Part shown: piece after piece, positions 1 to 10,400 of the stretch
Layout: every line of letters starts with the position of its first letter
How positions within the stretch are numbered: the stretch's first letter is position 1
Origin: Mycolicibacterium smegmatis
Lineage (GTDB): Bacteria; Actinomycetota; Actinomycetes; Mycobacteriales; Mycobacteriaceae
Assembly: GCF_001457595.1 (NCBI RefSeq)
Contig: NZ_LN831039.1
Span: forward strand, 1,380,001 to 1,412,000
Direction: 5' to 3'
Length of the DNA stretch: 32,000 nucleotides
Notes under the pieces: generated by a model
Database searches by the model: none
Told to the model about the DNA's origin: nothing
Seen by the model: only the letters and a program-made list of their open reading frames with translations
Made by a program: the position numbers and the translations under genes

Positions 1-626
1 GGCGCGGGTTTGGCGCGTCGAGTGGCCGTCGAGCGGTGCATGCCGGTCACCTCCGCGGCCTTGCGGGTCGGAATCTGGATATCCCGCAGATCGTTGTAGG
101 CATCCATCAGCGCTTGGTCGGCGGCGTGTCGGTGTCCGCGCTCTCGGAGAGAGACTCCAAGAGCGCGTGTGCTTTTCCCATGATCCCCAGGGCAGCCTCG
201 GTGGTCGCCAGCCGATTATTGGCCTGGGCGAGTTCCTTTTTCAGGCGGGCGATCTCGGCCTGCTCGCGGGTGAGTTTACCGACCTTCTCCCCAGGTGCCT
301 TGCCTTCCAACACCCCAGCATCGCGTTGTTTGCGCCACTCGGCGATCTGCGAGGAATACAACCCCTCACCGCGCAGGTACGCCCCACCATCGTTGGTCGT
401 ACAGGCCTGCTCATAGGCATCCAGGTGGGCCAGCTTCTGCGCCGGAGAAATCGAGCGCCGCCGGCGCGGGCCATCAGATCGCGGTGAAGGTGCCACCGCT
501 CCAGTCTCGCGCACAGCAGCCATCGTCGTCGTCATGGTTCAGGTGATTCCGTTCTCGCCCCGAGATCAAGCCAAGTTGCCAAGTTGCTAAGTACCAGTGG
601 ACTCAACTCACCCTGACACCCAGGGA
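1..626 (-). mobile_element. Partial copy (OrfA end) of an IS3-family insertion sequence, truncated by the window start; repeats 13409-14034
   Basis: Sequence 1-626 matches 13409-14034 (constant offset 13408) as far as compared by eye; it encodes the same OrfA protein and diverges after cccaggga. The terminal sequence caccctgaca matches the inverted repeat of the full copy. Confidence 0.9.
107..535 (-). CDS. IS3-family transposase OrfA (helix-turn-helix/leucine-zipper type)
   Basis: 142 aa, identical translation to ORF 13515..13943; SPAQKLAHLDAYEQA...EIARLKKELAQANNRLATTEAALGIMGKAHALLE coiled-coil typical of IS3 OrfA. Confidence 0.88.
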   Translation of the reverse strand: MTTTMAAVRETGAVAPSPRSDGPRRRRSISPAQKLAHLDAYEQACTTNDGGAYLRGEGLYSSQIAEWRKQRDAGVLEGKAPGEKVGKLTREQAEIARLKKELAQANNRLATTEAALGIMGKAHALLESLSESADTDTPPTKR

Positions 627-708
627 GAGGGCAAGTTGAGGCGCCGCCGGGGAGCTACCCCGATGGCGCCTCGCTGGGGTCTGCCGCACGATCAGGTGAC
701 AGATTCGG

Positions 709-999
709 TCACGCGGCCTGACTGGCCGGTGTGGTCATGATGGCTTCGAATTCGATCGGGGTCAACCGCCCAAGTCCGGCTTGTCGCCGGCGGCGATGGT
801 AGGTCCGTTCGATCCAGGTGACGATCGCGATCCGCAACTCTTCTCGTGTGCTCCAGCGGCGGCGATCGAGCACGTTCTTCTGGAGCAGGGCGAGGAAGCT
901 CTCCATGGCCGCATTGTCGCCGGCCGCGCCTACGCGGCCCATCGATCCGACCATCTCGTAGCGGCCGAGTGCGTGGACGAATCTTCGTGACCTGAATTG
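709..999 (-). pseudogene. C-terminal fragment of IS3-family OrfB (DDE integrase), separated by the IS30 insertion
   Basis: QFRSRRFVHALGRYEMVGSMGRVGAAGDNAAMESFLALLQKNVLDRRRWSTREELRIAIVTWIERTYHRRRRQAGLGRLTPIEFE; joins in frame with HSDRGSQ from 2455-2988 when IS30 and one TTG copy are removed. Confidence 0.92.
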
Positions 1000-2454
1000 G
1001 GCGGATTCAATCGGTGGTCGCAACACCGGCTTGATGAAGTGAGTGTAGGTGTTCGGCGAAGGCTTCCGCGGGAGTGCGCCAGCCGAGGGTTTTCCGCGGC
1101 CTGGTGTTGAGGGTATGGGCGATCGCTGCCACGTCCTCGGCCGACCATCTTGAGAGGTCGGTCCCTTTTGGAAAGTATTGGCGTAACAGGCCATTGGTGT
1201 TCTCATTGGTACCGCGCTGCCACGGACTCTTCGGATCAGCGAAGAACACCTTGACTCCGGAGGCGACCGAGAACTGGGCGTGCGCCGACAGTTCCTTGCC
1301 CCGGTCCCAGGTCAACGACCGACGCAGTTGCGCGGGCAACGTGGTGATCGTCTGTTCCAGAGCGTTGGCCATCGTGATGGCGCCATAGCCGGCCAACGCC
1401 GGCCCGTTCTTGGTCCGCGGAATTATCCCGTAACCAACTTCACGTGGCAGATGGACCAGCATGGTGAACCGGCTGCTGCGCTCGACCAGCGTGCCGATTG
1501 CACTGCGCTGCAAGCCAATCAGGAGATCACCCTCCCAATGTCCGGGAACAGCGCGATCATCGACCTCGGGTGGGCGTTGGCTGATCAACGTCTCAGGGGT
1601 GACATGGGCCCACGCCTTGGACCGCGTTCGTGCCCGCGGTACCCGCAGTGCCCGGCCTCGGCGCAGGCAGCTGACCAGATCCCGCTTCAGCGCACCGCGA
1701 GATTCGACGTACAGCGCTTGATAGATGGCCTCGTGGCTGATCCGCATAGTCACATCATCGGGGAAGTCCAGCGGGAGCCGTCGAGCGATCTGTTCTGGAC
1801 TCCATGCCTGCACCCAGGCCCGATCACCCCGGTGCGGCTTGTTGCGTCCCTTCCACGGGGCGGCGGCGGGACCGACGATGACCTGGCCATCAGCGCCGCG
1901 AACGACGCCGGACAGTTTGTCCTGGACGTACTGACGCAGCCGGTCGTTGCTAACGAGCTTGGCGGTCTTGGGGCGGCGGGCGCGCCGCTCGGCGTGCCAC
2001 TGCGCAGTGGAGGCCTTATAGTCGAGTCGATAGGTGCGGGTCGAGGCATTGCGGCGCAACTCCCGTGAGATGGTCGACGGTGCACGCTTGAGCCGCCGGG
2101 CGATCTCACGCACCCCGGCGCCCTGGGCGCGCCACAACGCGATGTTCTCACGTTCATCCGAGGACAGGTAACGTCCCGAAACTGTTTCTGGCAAGCATGG
2201 ATTCACTCCACCAGCGTGACGGAACCAGCGGAACCCAACCGGCGACGACACGCCCGCTTCGGCAGCGGCGTCCTCAGTCATAGCCCCCGCAGCGATCGCC
2301 GCCCAGAACCTCACCCGATCCTGACGCCACGCCACCGACGGCCGACCCGGAGACGGAATCTGTCCCCGATACAACCGAACCGCCCGCTGCCGATCCAACG
2401 CACCCATTCCACACCTCCATAATCGAGGTGTTGCGACGATCAGTTGAATCCGCC
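1000..2454 (-). mobile_element. IS30-family insertion sequence, structurally intact
   Basis: Imperfect terminal inverted repeats ggcggattcaatcggtggtcgcaac (1000-1024) / reverse complement of gttgcgacgatcagttgaatccgcc (ending 2454); 3-bp direct repeat ttg at 997-999 and 2455-2457; full-length transposase inside. Confidence 0.93.
1007..2407 (-). CDS. IS30-family transposase
   Basis: LSSDERENIALWRAQGAGVREIARRLKRAPSTISRELRRN N-terminal HTH, DDE core (VPGHWEGDLLIG...TWDRGKEL...ADPKSPWQRGTNENTNGLLRQYFPKGTDL). The track ORF starts at 2485 outside the element; MGALDRQRAV at 2407 is the likely start. Confidence 0.93.
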   Translation of the reverse strand: MGALDRQRAVRLYRGQIPSPGRPSVAWRQDRVRFWAAIAAGAMTEDAAAEAGVSSPVGFRWFRHAGGVNPCLPETVSGRYLSSDERENIALWRAQGAGVREIARRLKRAPSTISRELRRNASTRTYRLDYKASTAQWHAERRARRPKTAKLVSNDRLRQYVQDKLSGVVRGADGQVIVGPAAAPWKGRNKPHRGDRAWVQAWSPEQIARRLPLDFPDDVTMRISHEAIYQALYVESRGALKRDLVSCLRRGRALRVPRARTRSKAWAHVTPETLISQRPPEVDDRAVPGHWEGDLLIGLQRSAIGTLVERSSRFTMLVHLPREVGYGIIPRTKNGPALAGYGAITMANALEQTITTLPAQLRRSLTWDRGKELSAHAQFSVASGVKVFFADPKSPWQRGTNENTNGLLRQYFPKGTDLSRWSAEDVAAIAHTLNTRPRKTLGWRTPAEAFAEHLHSLHQAGVATTD

Positions 2455-2988
2455 TTGAGATCCGCGATCGGAGTGCAGAATGCAACCGGCAACATCACCG
2501 CGGCGTGCCACCGCACTACTGAGCGCTGTGGTGGCCAGCCGGGACTTCATCCGGGCGTCGATCGAGTATCCGACGATGCGGTTGGAGAACATGTCCTTGA
2601 TGGCACAGAGGTAGAGCTTGCCTTCGTCGGTGCGATGTTCGGTGATATCGCTGAGCCACAGCTGATTTGGGCCACCGGCGGTGAAGTCGCGTTCGACAAG
2701 ATCATCGTGCACCGGCGGGCCGACCTTGCCGTTCTTGCCGCGCTTCTTGCCGAACACGCTCCACAACCGATTCTGTGAGCAGATCCGCCAAGCCGTGCGC
2801 TCGGCCATCGTCTCGCCAGCGTCGCGGGCCTCCTCGACCAGGTAGCGGTAGCCGAACTCGGGATCGTCGCGGTGGGCGTCGAACAGGGCGTTGGCGCGAT
2901 ATGCCTCGATGATCTCCGCATCAGTAATCGGATTGGCGCGCCAACGGTAGTACGGCTGGCGGGCGAGCTTGAGGACCCGGCACGTCAC
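2455..2988 (-). pseudogene. N-terminal part of IS3-family OrfB, interrupted by IS30
   Basis: YYRWRANPITDAEIIEAYR...DPEFGYRYLVEEARDAG...PNQLWLSDITEHRTDEGKLYLCAIKDMFSNRIVGYSID...CILHSDRGSQ, truncated at the second catalytic Asp motif. Confidence 0.92.
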
Positions 2989-3020
2989 CGCGACGGGGAT
3001 CCCGTCGGCGGCGAGCTCAC

Positions 3021-3380
3021 TTACGAGCGGGTAGAGCCTTTTCCCGGGAGGTTGGCCTGTGACAGATAGGCCGTGGCCCGGCGCAGGACCTCGTTCTCCT
3101 GCTCGAGCAGCTTGATCCGCCGCCGGGCCTCACGCAGCTCAGCAGACTCGCCGGTGCTCTTGCCAGGCTTGGCGCCTTCGTCGATATCAGCCTGGCGCAT
3201 CCACTTGTGCAAGGTCATCGGATGGACACCGAAATCGGTGGCGATCTGCTCGATCGTCACCCCGTCATCGCGGTTGCGAGCCACGCGCACGACATCATCG
3301 CGGAACTCACGGGGGTAGGGCCTTGCCATGGGGACATCCTTCCAGCCTGCCCACGCTGGGCAAGCCAACTCAGATGTCAC
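3021..3380 (-). CDS. IS3-family transposase OrfA
   Basis: ARPYPREFRDDVVRVARNRDDGVTIEQIATDFGVHPMTLHKWMRQADIDEG...AELREARRRIKLLEQENEVLRRATAYLSQANLPGK; ends near an A-rich ggaaaagg sequence compatible with frameshifting into OrfB. The most likely start is the internal MARPYPREF. Confidence 0.9.
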   Translation of the reverse strand: MTSELACPAWAGWKDVPMARPYPREFRDDVVRVARNRDDGVTIEQIATDFGVHPMTLHKWMRQADIDEGAKPGKSTGESAELREARRRIKLLEQENEVLRRATAYLSQANLPGKGSTRS

Positions 3381-3883
3381 CTATTCGTGCAGCAGACCCT
3401 AATGGCTTGTTGACGAACTGGATTGGCGGCCTGTTGCAACGCGTCATCTACCACTGTCGCGACAATGGTTTGCCCCATCTCAGCTCGCTGTGTGTTACTG
3501 CCGACGGAACTGTAGGAACAGGTTACGGCAGCGTTCCGCTTCGTCTTGGTGACGTCGAGTCGACGAGTTTCGACCAACTCGACGACCACGCGGCAAGATA
3601 CGACTCGAGTGTTACCGGTACTTCGGCGCCGAGATGCCCTCGGGAGGGGCGAGCCAACGCTCACACCCAAGGCGATGGCTGTGCGAGAGTGGAAACTCGC
3701 GCAGGCAAAGATGGCGCAGCCGCCAGAGATTTGTCCCGTTCACTTCATCGACCCTGCCTGCGACCGGACGATGCGATGAGTGCGATTAGGGCTGAACTCC
3801 CAGAAGCGTCCGGGGTGTCGGTGCCCTCTGTCATTCTGTGTGGCTCGCATGCGCGGGCTACGGAATGACGGAAGGAGCGTCTG

Positions 3884-4249
3884 GTGATCATCACCTATCC
3901 CGCACGATGGCGGGCATCAACCGTGGCACTCTGTGTCGTCGCGACGGCCGCGACCGCGACCGCACTCGCCGCCCCAGCGCACGCCGACCAGTACGACTTC
4001 GTGTCGATGTTGGACAACGAAGGCGTGTATTACTCGTCGATCACTGACGTGATCGATCAAGGCAAGATGGCATGCCGCATGCTGCGCAGTGGTGCGGGCA
4101 TGCCGGCCACGTTGGACTATGTCGCCGGTGGCGGTTACGCCCCGTACGAGACGGCGGTCGTTGTCGCCTCGGCCGCGGTGAATATGTGCCCCGACGTGTT
4201 GCCGACCGTCCGGGCGTTCCTCGGCAGCGGCCCCACCACTGGTGCGTAG
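3884..4249 (+). CDS. Small secreted DUF732-like protein
   Basis: 121 aa; signal peptide ending ALAAPAHA, then DQYDFVSMLDNEGVYYSSITDVIDQGKMACRMLRSG...YAPYETAVVVASAAVNMCPDVLPTVRAFL, resembling mycobacterial DUF732 proteins. Confidence 0.8.
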   Translation: MIITYPARWRASTVALCVVATAATATALAAPAHADQYDFVSMLDNEGVYYSSITDVIDQGKMACRMLRSGAGMPATLDYVAGGGYAPYETAVVVASAAVNMCPDVLPTVRAFLGSGPTTGA

Positions 4250-4434
4250 CGCAGCGCTCGCCGGAACCCGAGGTCGCCAATGTCGCAACACAATCCATTT
4301 AGAGTAAAAACTAGCAAAGACTGCCTAAGCATGTTTTCATTGCTGTCAATTAAGTCGGACTTCCTTCCCACCAGCTCGCGCTGCGTCAGGCGGGTAGCGG
4401 CCGTCCGTACGAGGTCACACGAGGGGGAGCTCTA

Positions 4435-7400
4435 GTGATTAACACTGGCGATCATCATGCTCTGGTCGGGCAGGCACTGACCGTGCTGGCTCGGGGTCTG
4501 TCCCCATTTGTCAATCACGTTCTCGCCAAGGCGGTACCGCCGGGAACGGAGTGGCCGGAGCTGCTCCGTCGCAAAGACGCCGCCAACGGCCGCGGCGGTG
4601 GCGAATACCGCAGCACCGACCTGGCCATGATGCTGCGCGCCATGACCGAACGCGTCGGCGACGTCGGTTGGCCGTTCAACCGCAGCATGCCGCGGCAGGC
4701 CGAGATCTATGCCAAGGAACTGCGCGAAGTCCGCAACAAGTGGGCACACACCGGCGAATTCACGGCGCCCGAGGCCTACCGGGCCATCGACTCCGCCGAG
4801 CTGCTGCTACGCGCCATCGACGCCCCCGAACCGGCTGCGGCCCTGGCCCAGCTCAAGGCCGCGGTCTCACCGCTCGCCACCGGCACGCCGACCAACTCCG
4901 AGACGCCGGTAACCACGACCACGGCCACCAAAACCGCGCCGCACGTGCTCACGCCACCGCGGCCGCCGCACCCCGACGCACCACGCATCGACATCGCCGC
5001 GATACCGGACCTCAGCTACGCGATGGCGCACTGCCGTATCCCGGTGATCGACCACATCACCATCGACAACACCTTCGGTGACCTGCTCGGCGCCACCATC
5101 GAGATCGACGTCGTCAGTGCCGAAGGCTCGCACGGTGGTCCTCGTGAAGTCCACGCCGACCTTTCGCCCGGCCGACCGACCACACTGCGCGACGTCGACC
5201 TCAAACTCGACCCGGCCTCCATGCTCACCGTCGACGAGCAGCGCCCCGCCGACATCCGCGTCGTCGTCCGCGACCCCGCCGGCACCGCACTGGCCGAGGC
5301 CGCGCACCCGGTCAATGTCCTGGCCGCCAACCAGTGGAAAGCGTCGCCGACACAGCTCGCGCTGGAGATGCTCGCCGCCTATGTACAGCCGAACAGCACA
5401 GCCGTGGCGGCGCTCATGCCCAAGGTGTCCGATCGTCTGCTCGCGACCACCGGGAACTCGGCGATCGACGGCTACCAGAGCGAGAATCCCGACCGTGTCG
5501 ACGCCATCGCCCGCGCGGTGTTCGAGGCGATGCGCGCCTGCGACATCCGTTACGCCGAGCCACCGGCCAGCTGGGGCGACGACGGCCAAAAGGTGCGCAC
5601 GCCAGCCGAAGTCCTCGAAGGCCGGCTCGGCACCTGCCTGGACACCACCCTGACCATGGCCGCCGTGCTGGAGCAGGCCGGCATCAACACCACCATCTGG
5701 GTGCTGCGCGGGCACGCCTTCCTCGGCTACTGGCGCACCGACTCCGCCCTGAGCACGGTGTCGACGACCGAAGCGGTCGAGGTGGCCAACCAGGTTGACC
5801 TCGGCGCCATCGGCCTGATCGAGACCACGATGGTCACCCAATCGGCCGACGGCGCGACCTTCGACGACGCCCGCGCCGTCCCCCGGATCAAGTACCTGTC
5901 CGACGGGCTCGGCGACGTCATCGGCATCACCGACATCCGTCAGGCCCGGCAGGCGCGGATCCACCCGCTGCCAAGCCGCGCAGTCGACGACCAGGGCAAT
6001 GTCGTTGTCACCGAGTACAAACCGGCCAACGGCCCGGTGATCATGCCCTACGTCGCGACCGGGACCAAGGCAGCCGCCCCACAGGGAGCTGTTCCGGCCC
6101 GGGTCACCCAGTGGAAGAACGCCCTGCTCGACCTCAGCCTGCGCAACCGGTTGATCAACTTCACCGACCGGGCCGGCTTCCGGATCGAAATCCCCGGTCC
6201 CGCTCTCGCCCGGTTCGAGGACGCCATCAACGCCGGCGACAAGATCACGCTGATGGCGTCGGATGCGGTGAAAAGCGTGGACCAGGCCCGCGGCATTCGA
6301 TTCGGCCGCGACCTCCCGGAGCAGGAACGCGAGCTGCTGCTCGCCGACAAGCACAGCGCCTACATCGACATCACCGACGCGTCCTACCAACGCGGCCTGC
6401 GCAACCTCGCCTACAAGGCACGGACGATCCGGGAAGAGACCGGGGCCAACAACCTCTACCTCGCGTTCGGGATGCTGAGCTGGCACCTCAACGACCGGGA
6501 ACTGCGCTCCCCGCTCATCCTGGTGCCGGTGTCGCTGAGCACCTCCAACCGCGGCCAAAGCTACGTGCTGACCATCGATGACGCCGGCGCGTCGACGCCC
6601 AACTACTGCCTGGTCGAAAAGCTCCGCACCGCACTGGGACTGGAGATTCCCGGCCTGGCCAACCCCGATGAGGACGCGTCGGGCATCGACCTGGCCGGCA
6701 CCTTCAACTCCGTGCGTCACGCCATCGCCGATGCCGGTCTGGCCTTCCGCGTCGAAGACACGGTGCACCTGTCGATCCTGCAGTTCGCCAAGTTCCCGCT
6801 GTGGAAAGACCTCGACGAGTCCTGGGAAGCGCTGTCGCGCAACCCTTTGGTGAAGCACCTGATCGAGACGCCGACCAGCCAGTTCGTCGACCCGGTGGCG
6901 CCGCCGGAAGATGTCGACCTCGACGAGCTCGGTGCGTCGGTCCCGGTTCCCGCGGACTCCTCGCAGCTGCGGGCCGTGGCGGAAGCCGTGGGTGGACGCA
7001 CGTTCGTCCTGGAGGGGCCTCCCGGCACCGGCAAGTCGCAGACGATCACCAATCTCCTGGCGCACGCCATGGCCGCCGGGCGGCGGGTGCTGTTCGTCGC
7101 GGAGAAACGCGCTGCTCTCGACGTGGTGAAAAAGCGCCTGGAAAGTGTTGGCCTGGGCGAACTGTCGCTCGATCTGCACGACAAGTCGGCACGGCCGGCC
7201 GCGGTGCGCGCGCAGATCAAGGAAGCGTTGGAGCTGCGGGTCACCCACGACGCCGACCTGTTGCGCACCAAACTGCAATCCGCGGAATCCAGCCGCCGCT
7301 CTCTCGCGCGGTATGCCGAGCGTCTGCACGAGATGAACGCCGTCGGTCACTCGCTGTACACCGCGCGCTCGCGTGAGCTCGCCGCCGATCCCGACGTCGA

Positions 7401-10400
7401 GCCGTTCGAGGTGCCGAAATCCCTGGTGGCCAGCGCGGACCCGTCGATCTTGGACGCGGTCGACGAAGTGATGCGGGGGTTGCCGGAGAAGGTTGACCTG
7501 GCCCGGCCTCGCCGGGAGCACGCATGGGGTTTCATCGACTCCGTACCCGCCTCAGGTCTCGACGCGGCGGAGGTCTACACCGCGGCCGTGGAGTTCGACG
7601 CCGCTCTGGAGGACGTGCTGGAGGGCGGTCTGGCCCTCGACCAGCTCGCCAAAGCGCACAGCCCGAACGCGGTGGTCGCCTGGGCTCGGCTGGCAGCTGA
7701 ACCCCGGTTCCCGCTCGACGCCGTCGACAGCCTGCATGAGGCCGAGGGCCAGAACCAGCTCAACGGGATCGACCAGCTGTCAGCCAAGCTCGGTGCCACA
7801 CAACCGGACTGGTTGGCGACCGCCACGCCGGCGGCGATGGACCTCGACATCCCGGCGATCCACAAGTCGGCGGTCGAGGCGGACGAGTCGGGCTTCTTCG
7901 GCCGCAAGAAGCGTCGGCGCGCCGTGCGGGAGCAACTCGCCGATGTGTTGGCGGTCGACCCGTCGACGGTGAAGCTCAAGACACTGTCCACGCTGACCGC
8001 CGACATCGAGACGACGTACCGCGACGTGTCAGACCTTCGGGGCCGCGTCGCCAAACTGCCGACGCGACTGATCGACCCGTCCTGGAACCCGCTCGTCAGC
8101 GACGACGCCACCCGGCTGGCCGACGCGCTGGCCGCGGTGCGGCGCGTCGGAAAGGTCCTCTCGGAACATCCGGACGAGCCACGGATCAGCGCGATGCGCG
8201 CGTTCTACCGTGACACCGGCCAGGGTGCGTTGGCGCAGCCGTTGCAGCGGTTGGCGTCCGCGTGGCAGCGACTGACCGCGGTGACGGGTACTTCCGAGGA
8301 TGGCCAGCGGATGTGGGCCGGGGAGGGTTCGTTCCTTGAGCAGTGGTGGGCGACACGGGGCGACAGGAAACTTCAGACACCCGCCTCGGCGGAACGCTGG
8401 GTCGACCTGCTCACCCATGTTGAGCCGCTGCGCAAGGCCGGTATGGACCATGTCCGCGTCGACATCCTCAAGGGCATGGTGGTGCCCGAGGATGCCCCGT
8501 TGGCGTTCGACCACGGCGCGGCACGGGCCTCGGTCACCGAGCGTCTGGAGGCCAGCGCCCTCGGCGACTTCCACGTCACCGCCCACAACAAGACGATCCA
8601 GCGGTTCACCTCCAGCGCGAGCGCGATCCGCGAGGAGCTCCGCCGGGCCATCCCCGCAGAGTTGTTGGGCAGCCGCACGTTCGACGCCGCCGCTGACACC
8701 GGGCAGGTAGGTGGCTTGCGCCGTCAACTCGACCGCAAGCGTGGCGGCATGAGCGTGCGGGCACTGATGGACAACTTCGGTGAGCTGATCACCCAGATCC
8801 TGCCCTGCACGCTGATGAGCCCGGACTCGGTCGCACGGTTCTTTCCCGCACGCCCGGACATCTTCGACATCGTCGTGTTCGACGAGGCCTCGCAGATCCG
8901 GGTTGCCGACGCGATCGGCGCCATGGGACGCGCGAAATCGGTTGTCGTCGTGGGTGACAGCAAGCAGATGCCGCCGACGAGCTTCGCCGAGGCGAGCGCC
9001 ACGGTCGACGACGACGAGGACTACAACCCCGATGTGGTCGCCGACGAAGAGTCGATCCTCACTGAGTGCGTGCACGCGCAGGTCCCGCAGCAGTGGCTGT
9101 CGTGGCACTACCGCAGCCAGGACGAAGCCCTCATTGCGTTCAGCAACGTGCATTACTACGGCGGCCAGCTGGCGTCGTTCCCGGCGCCCCACGCCGGCAC
9201 CGCTGGGCACGGCATCTCGCTGGTGCGGGTCGACGGGCACTTCGAGCGGTCAGGTAAAGGAAAGACCCTGCGCACCAACCGTGTCGAGGCCGAACGCATC
9301 GTCGAGGACATCCGCCGCCGCTTCGCGGAATCACCCGACAGGGCGCCGTCGCTCGGTGTGATCACCTTCAACGCACAGCAGCGTGACCTGATCGAGAACA
9401 TGCTGCGTGATACCCGCGACGAGCGGCTGTTGGCAGCACTCGACGAACCCGATGGGCTTTTCGTCAAGAACCTGGAGAACGTGCAGGGGGACGAACGCGA
9501 CACCATCCTGTTCTCGGTGGCGTTCAGCAAGAAGGAAAACGGCGTTCTGCCGTTGAACTTCGGTCCGCTGTCACGACCAGGTGGGGAGCGGCGGCTCAAC
9601 GTGGCCGTCACCCGCGCGCGCCGGGAAGTGGTGCTCTATGCCAGCTTCGACCCCGCCGACCTGCGGGCAGAAGAAACCACACAGGTCGGGACCAAGCACT
9701 TGAAGGCATACCTGGAGCTCGCGGCGCGCGGTGTGGACACCATCATCGACGGCGGCAAGCGCCAGCCGGTGATCGACCGGCACCGTGACGACATCGCCGA
9801 AGCCCTGCGTAACGAAGGCTTCGTCGTCCGCACCGACGTCGGGTTGTCAGAGTTCCGCGTCGACTTGGTGATCGCCGATCCTGATGAGCCGGATCGCGCG
9901 CTTGTCGCGGTCTTGCTGGACGGCGCCGAGTGGTACCGCCGCAAGACTGTCGCCGACCGTGACGGACTGCCCATCGACGTCCTGTCGAATCTCATGCACT
10001 GGCCGTCTGTCGAACGCGTATGGATGCCGGAATGGCTGAACTACCGTGAGGCAACGCTCGAACGGCTTCGCCAAGCGGTCGACGACGCCAAGCAACGGTT
10101 GGCGCAGCCGGTGGAGAAACCGTCCGAGCCGGTCGAGACTCCCACCCTCGTGATTCCTCCGCCGGTTACTGGACCGGAGCACGAGCCCGCGACGATCGGG
10201 TCGCTGAAGTCGGCACCCACCGTGACGGCGCCGAAGCCCAAGCAGCACCCCAACATCCGGGCCTTCGAGGAGTGGTCGCCACGCATCGCCGGTGACAAGT
10301 CGGTGCTCGATGCGCTTCCGAGTCCGTGGGCCAGAAGCCAAGTGCTGACGGTGGCGCGCGAGATCATCGAGGTCGAGGCGCCGATTCACCGTGACCGGCT

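Larger units (their letters stand above)
677..3399 (-). mobile_element. IS3-family insertion sequence (second, distinct type) interrupted by an IS30-family element
   Basis: Terminal inverted repeats gggtctgccgcacgatcaggtgaca (677-701) and reverse complement of tgtcacctattcgtgcagcagaccc (3375-3399), 22/25 matches. It contains OrfA 3021..3380 and OrfB split in two. Length minus the IS30 is ~1.27 kb, typical for IS3. Confidence 0.87.

Noticed and set aside
1280-2068. 262-aa plus-strand ORF
   Set aside because: Antisense to the well supported IS30 transposase.
4867-7521. 884-aa ORF on the minus strand
   Set aside because: Lies fully antisense to the motif-rich 2122-aa gene; composition is typical of a high-GC shadow frame with no domain motif.
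8029-9240. 403-aa minus-strand ORF
   Set aside because: Antisense shadow of the helicase core of the giant gene; Arg/His/Gly-rich and without motifs.
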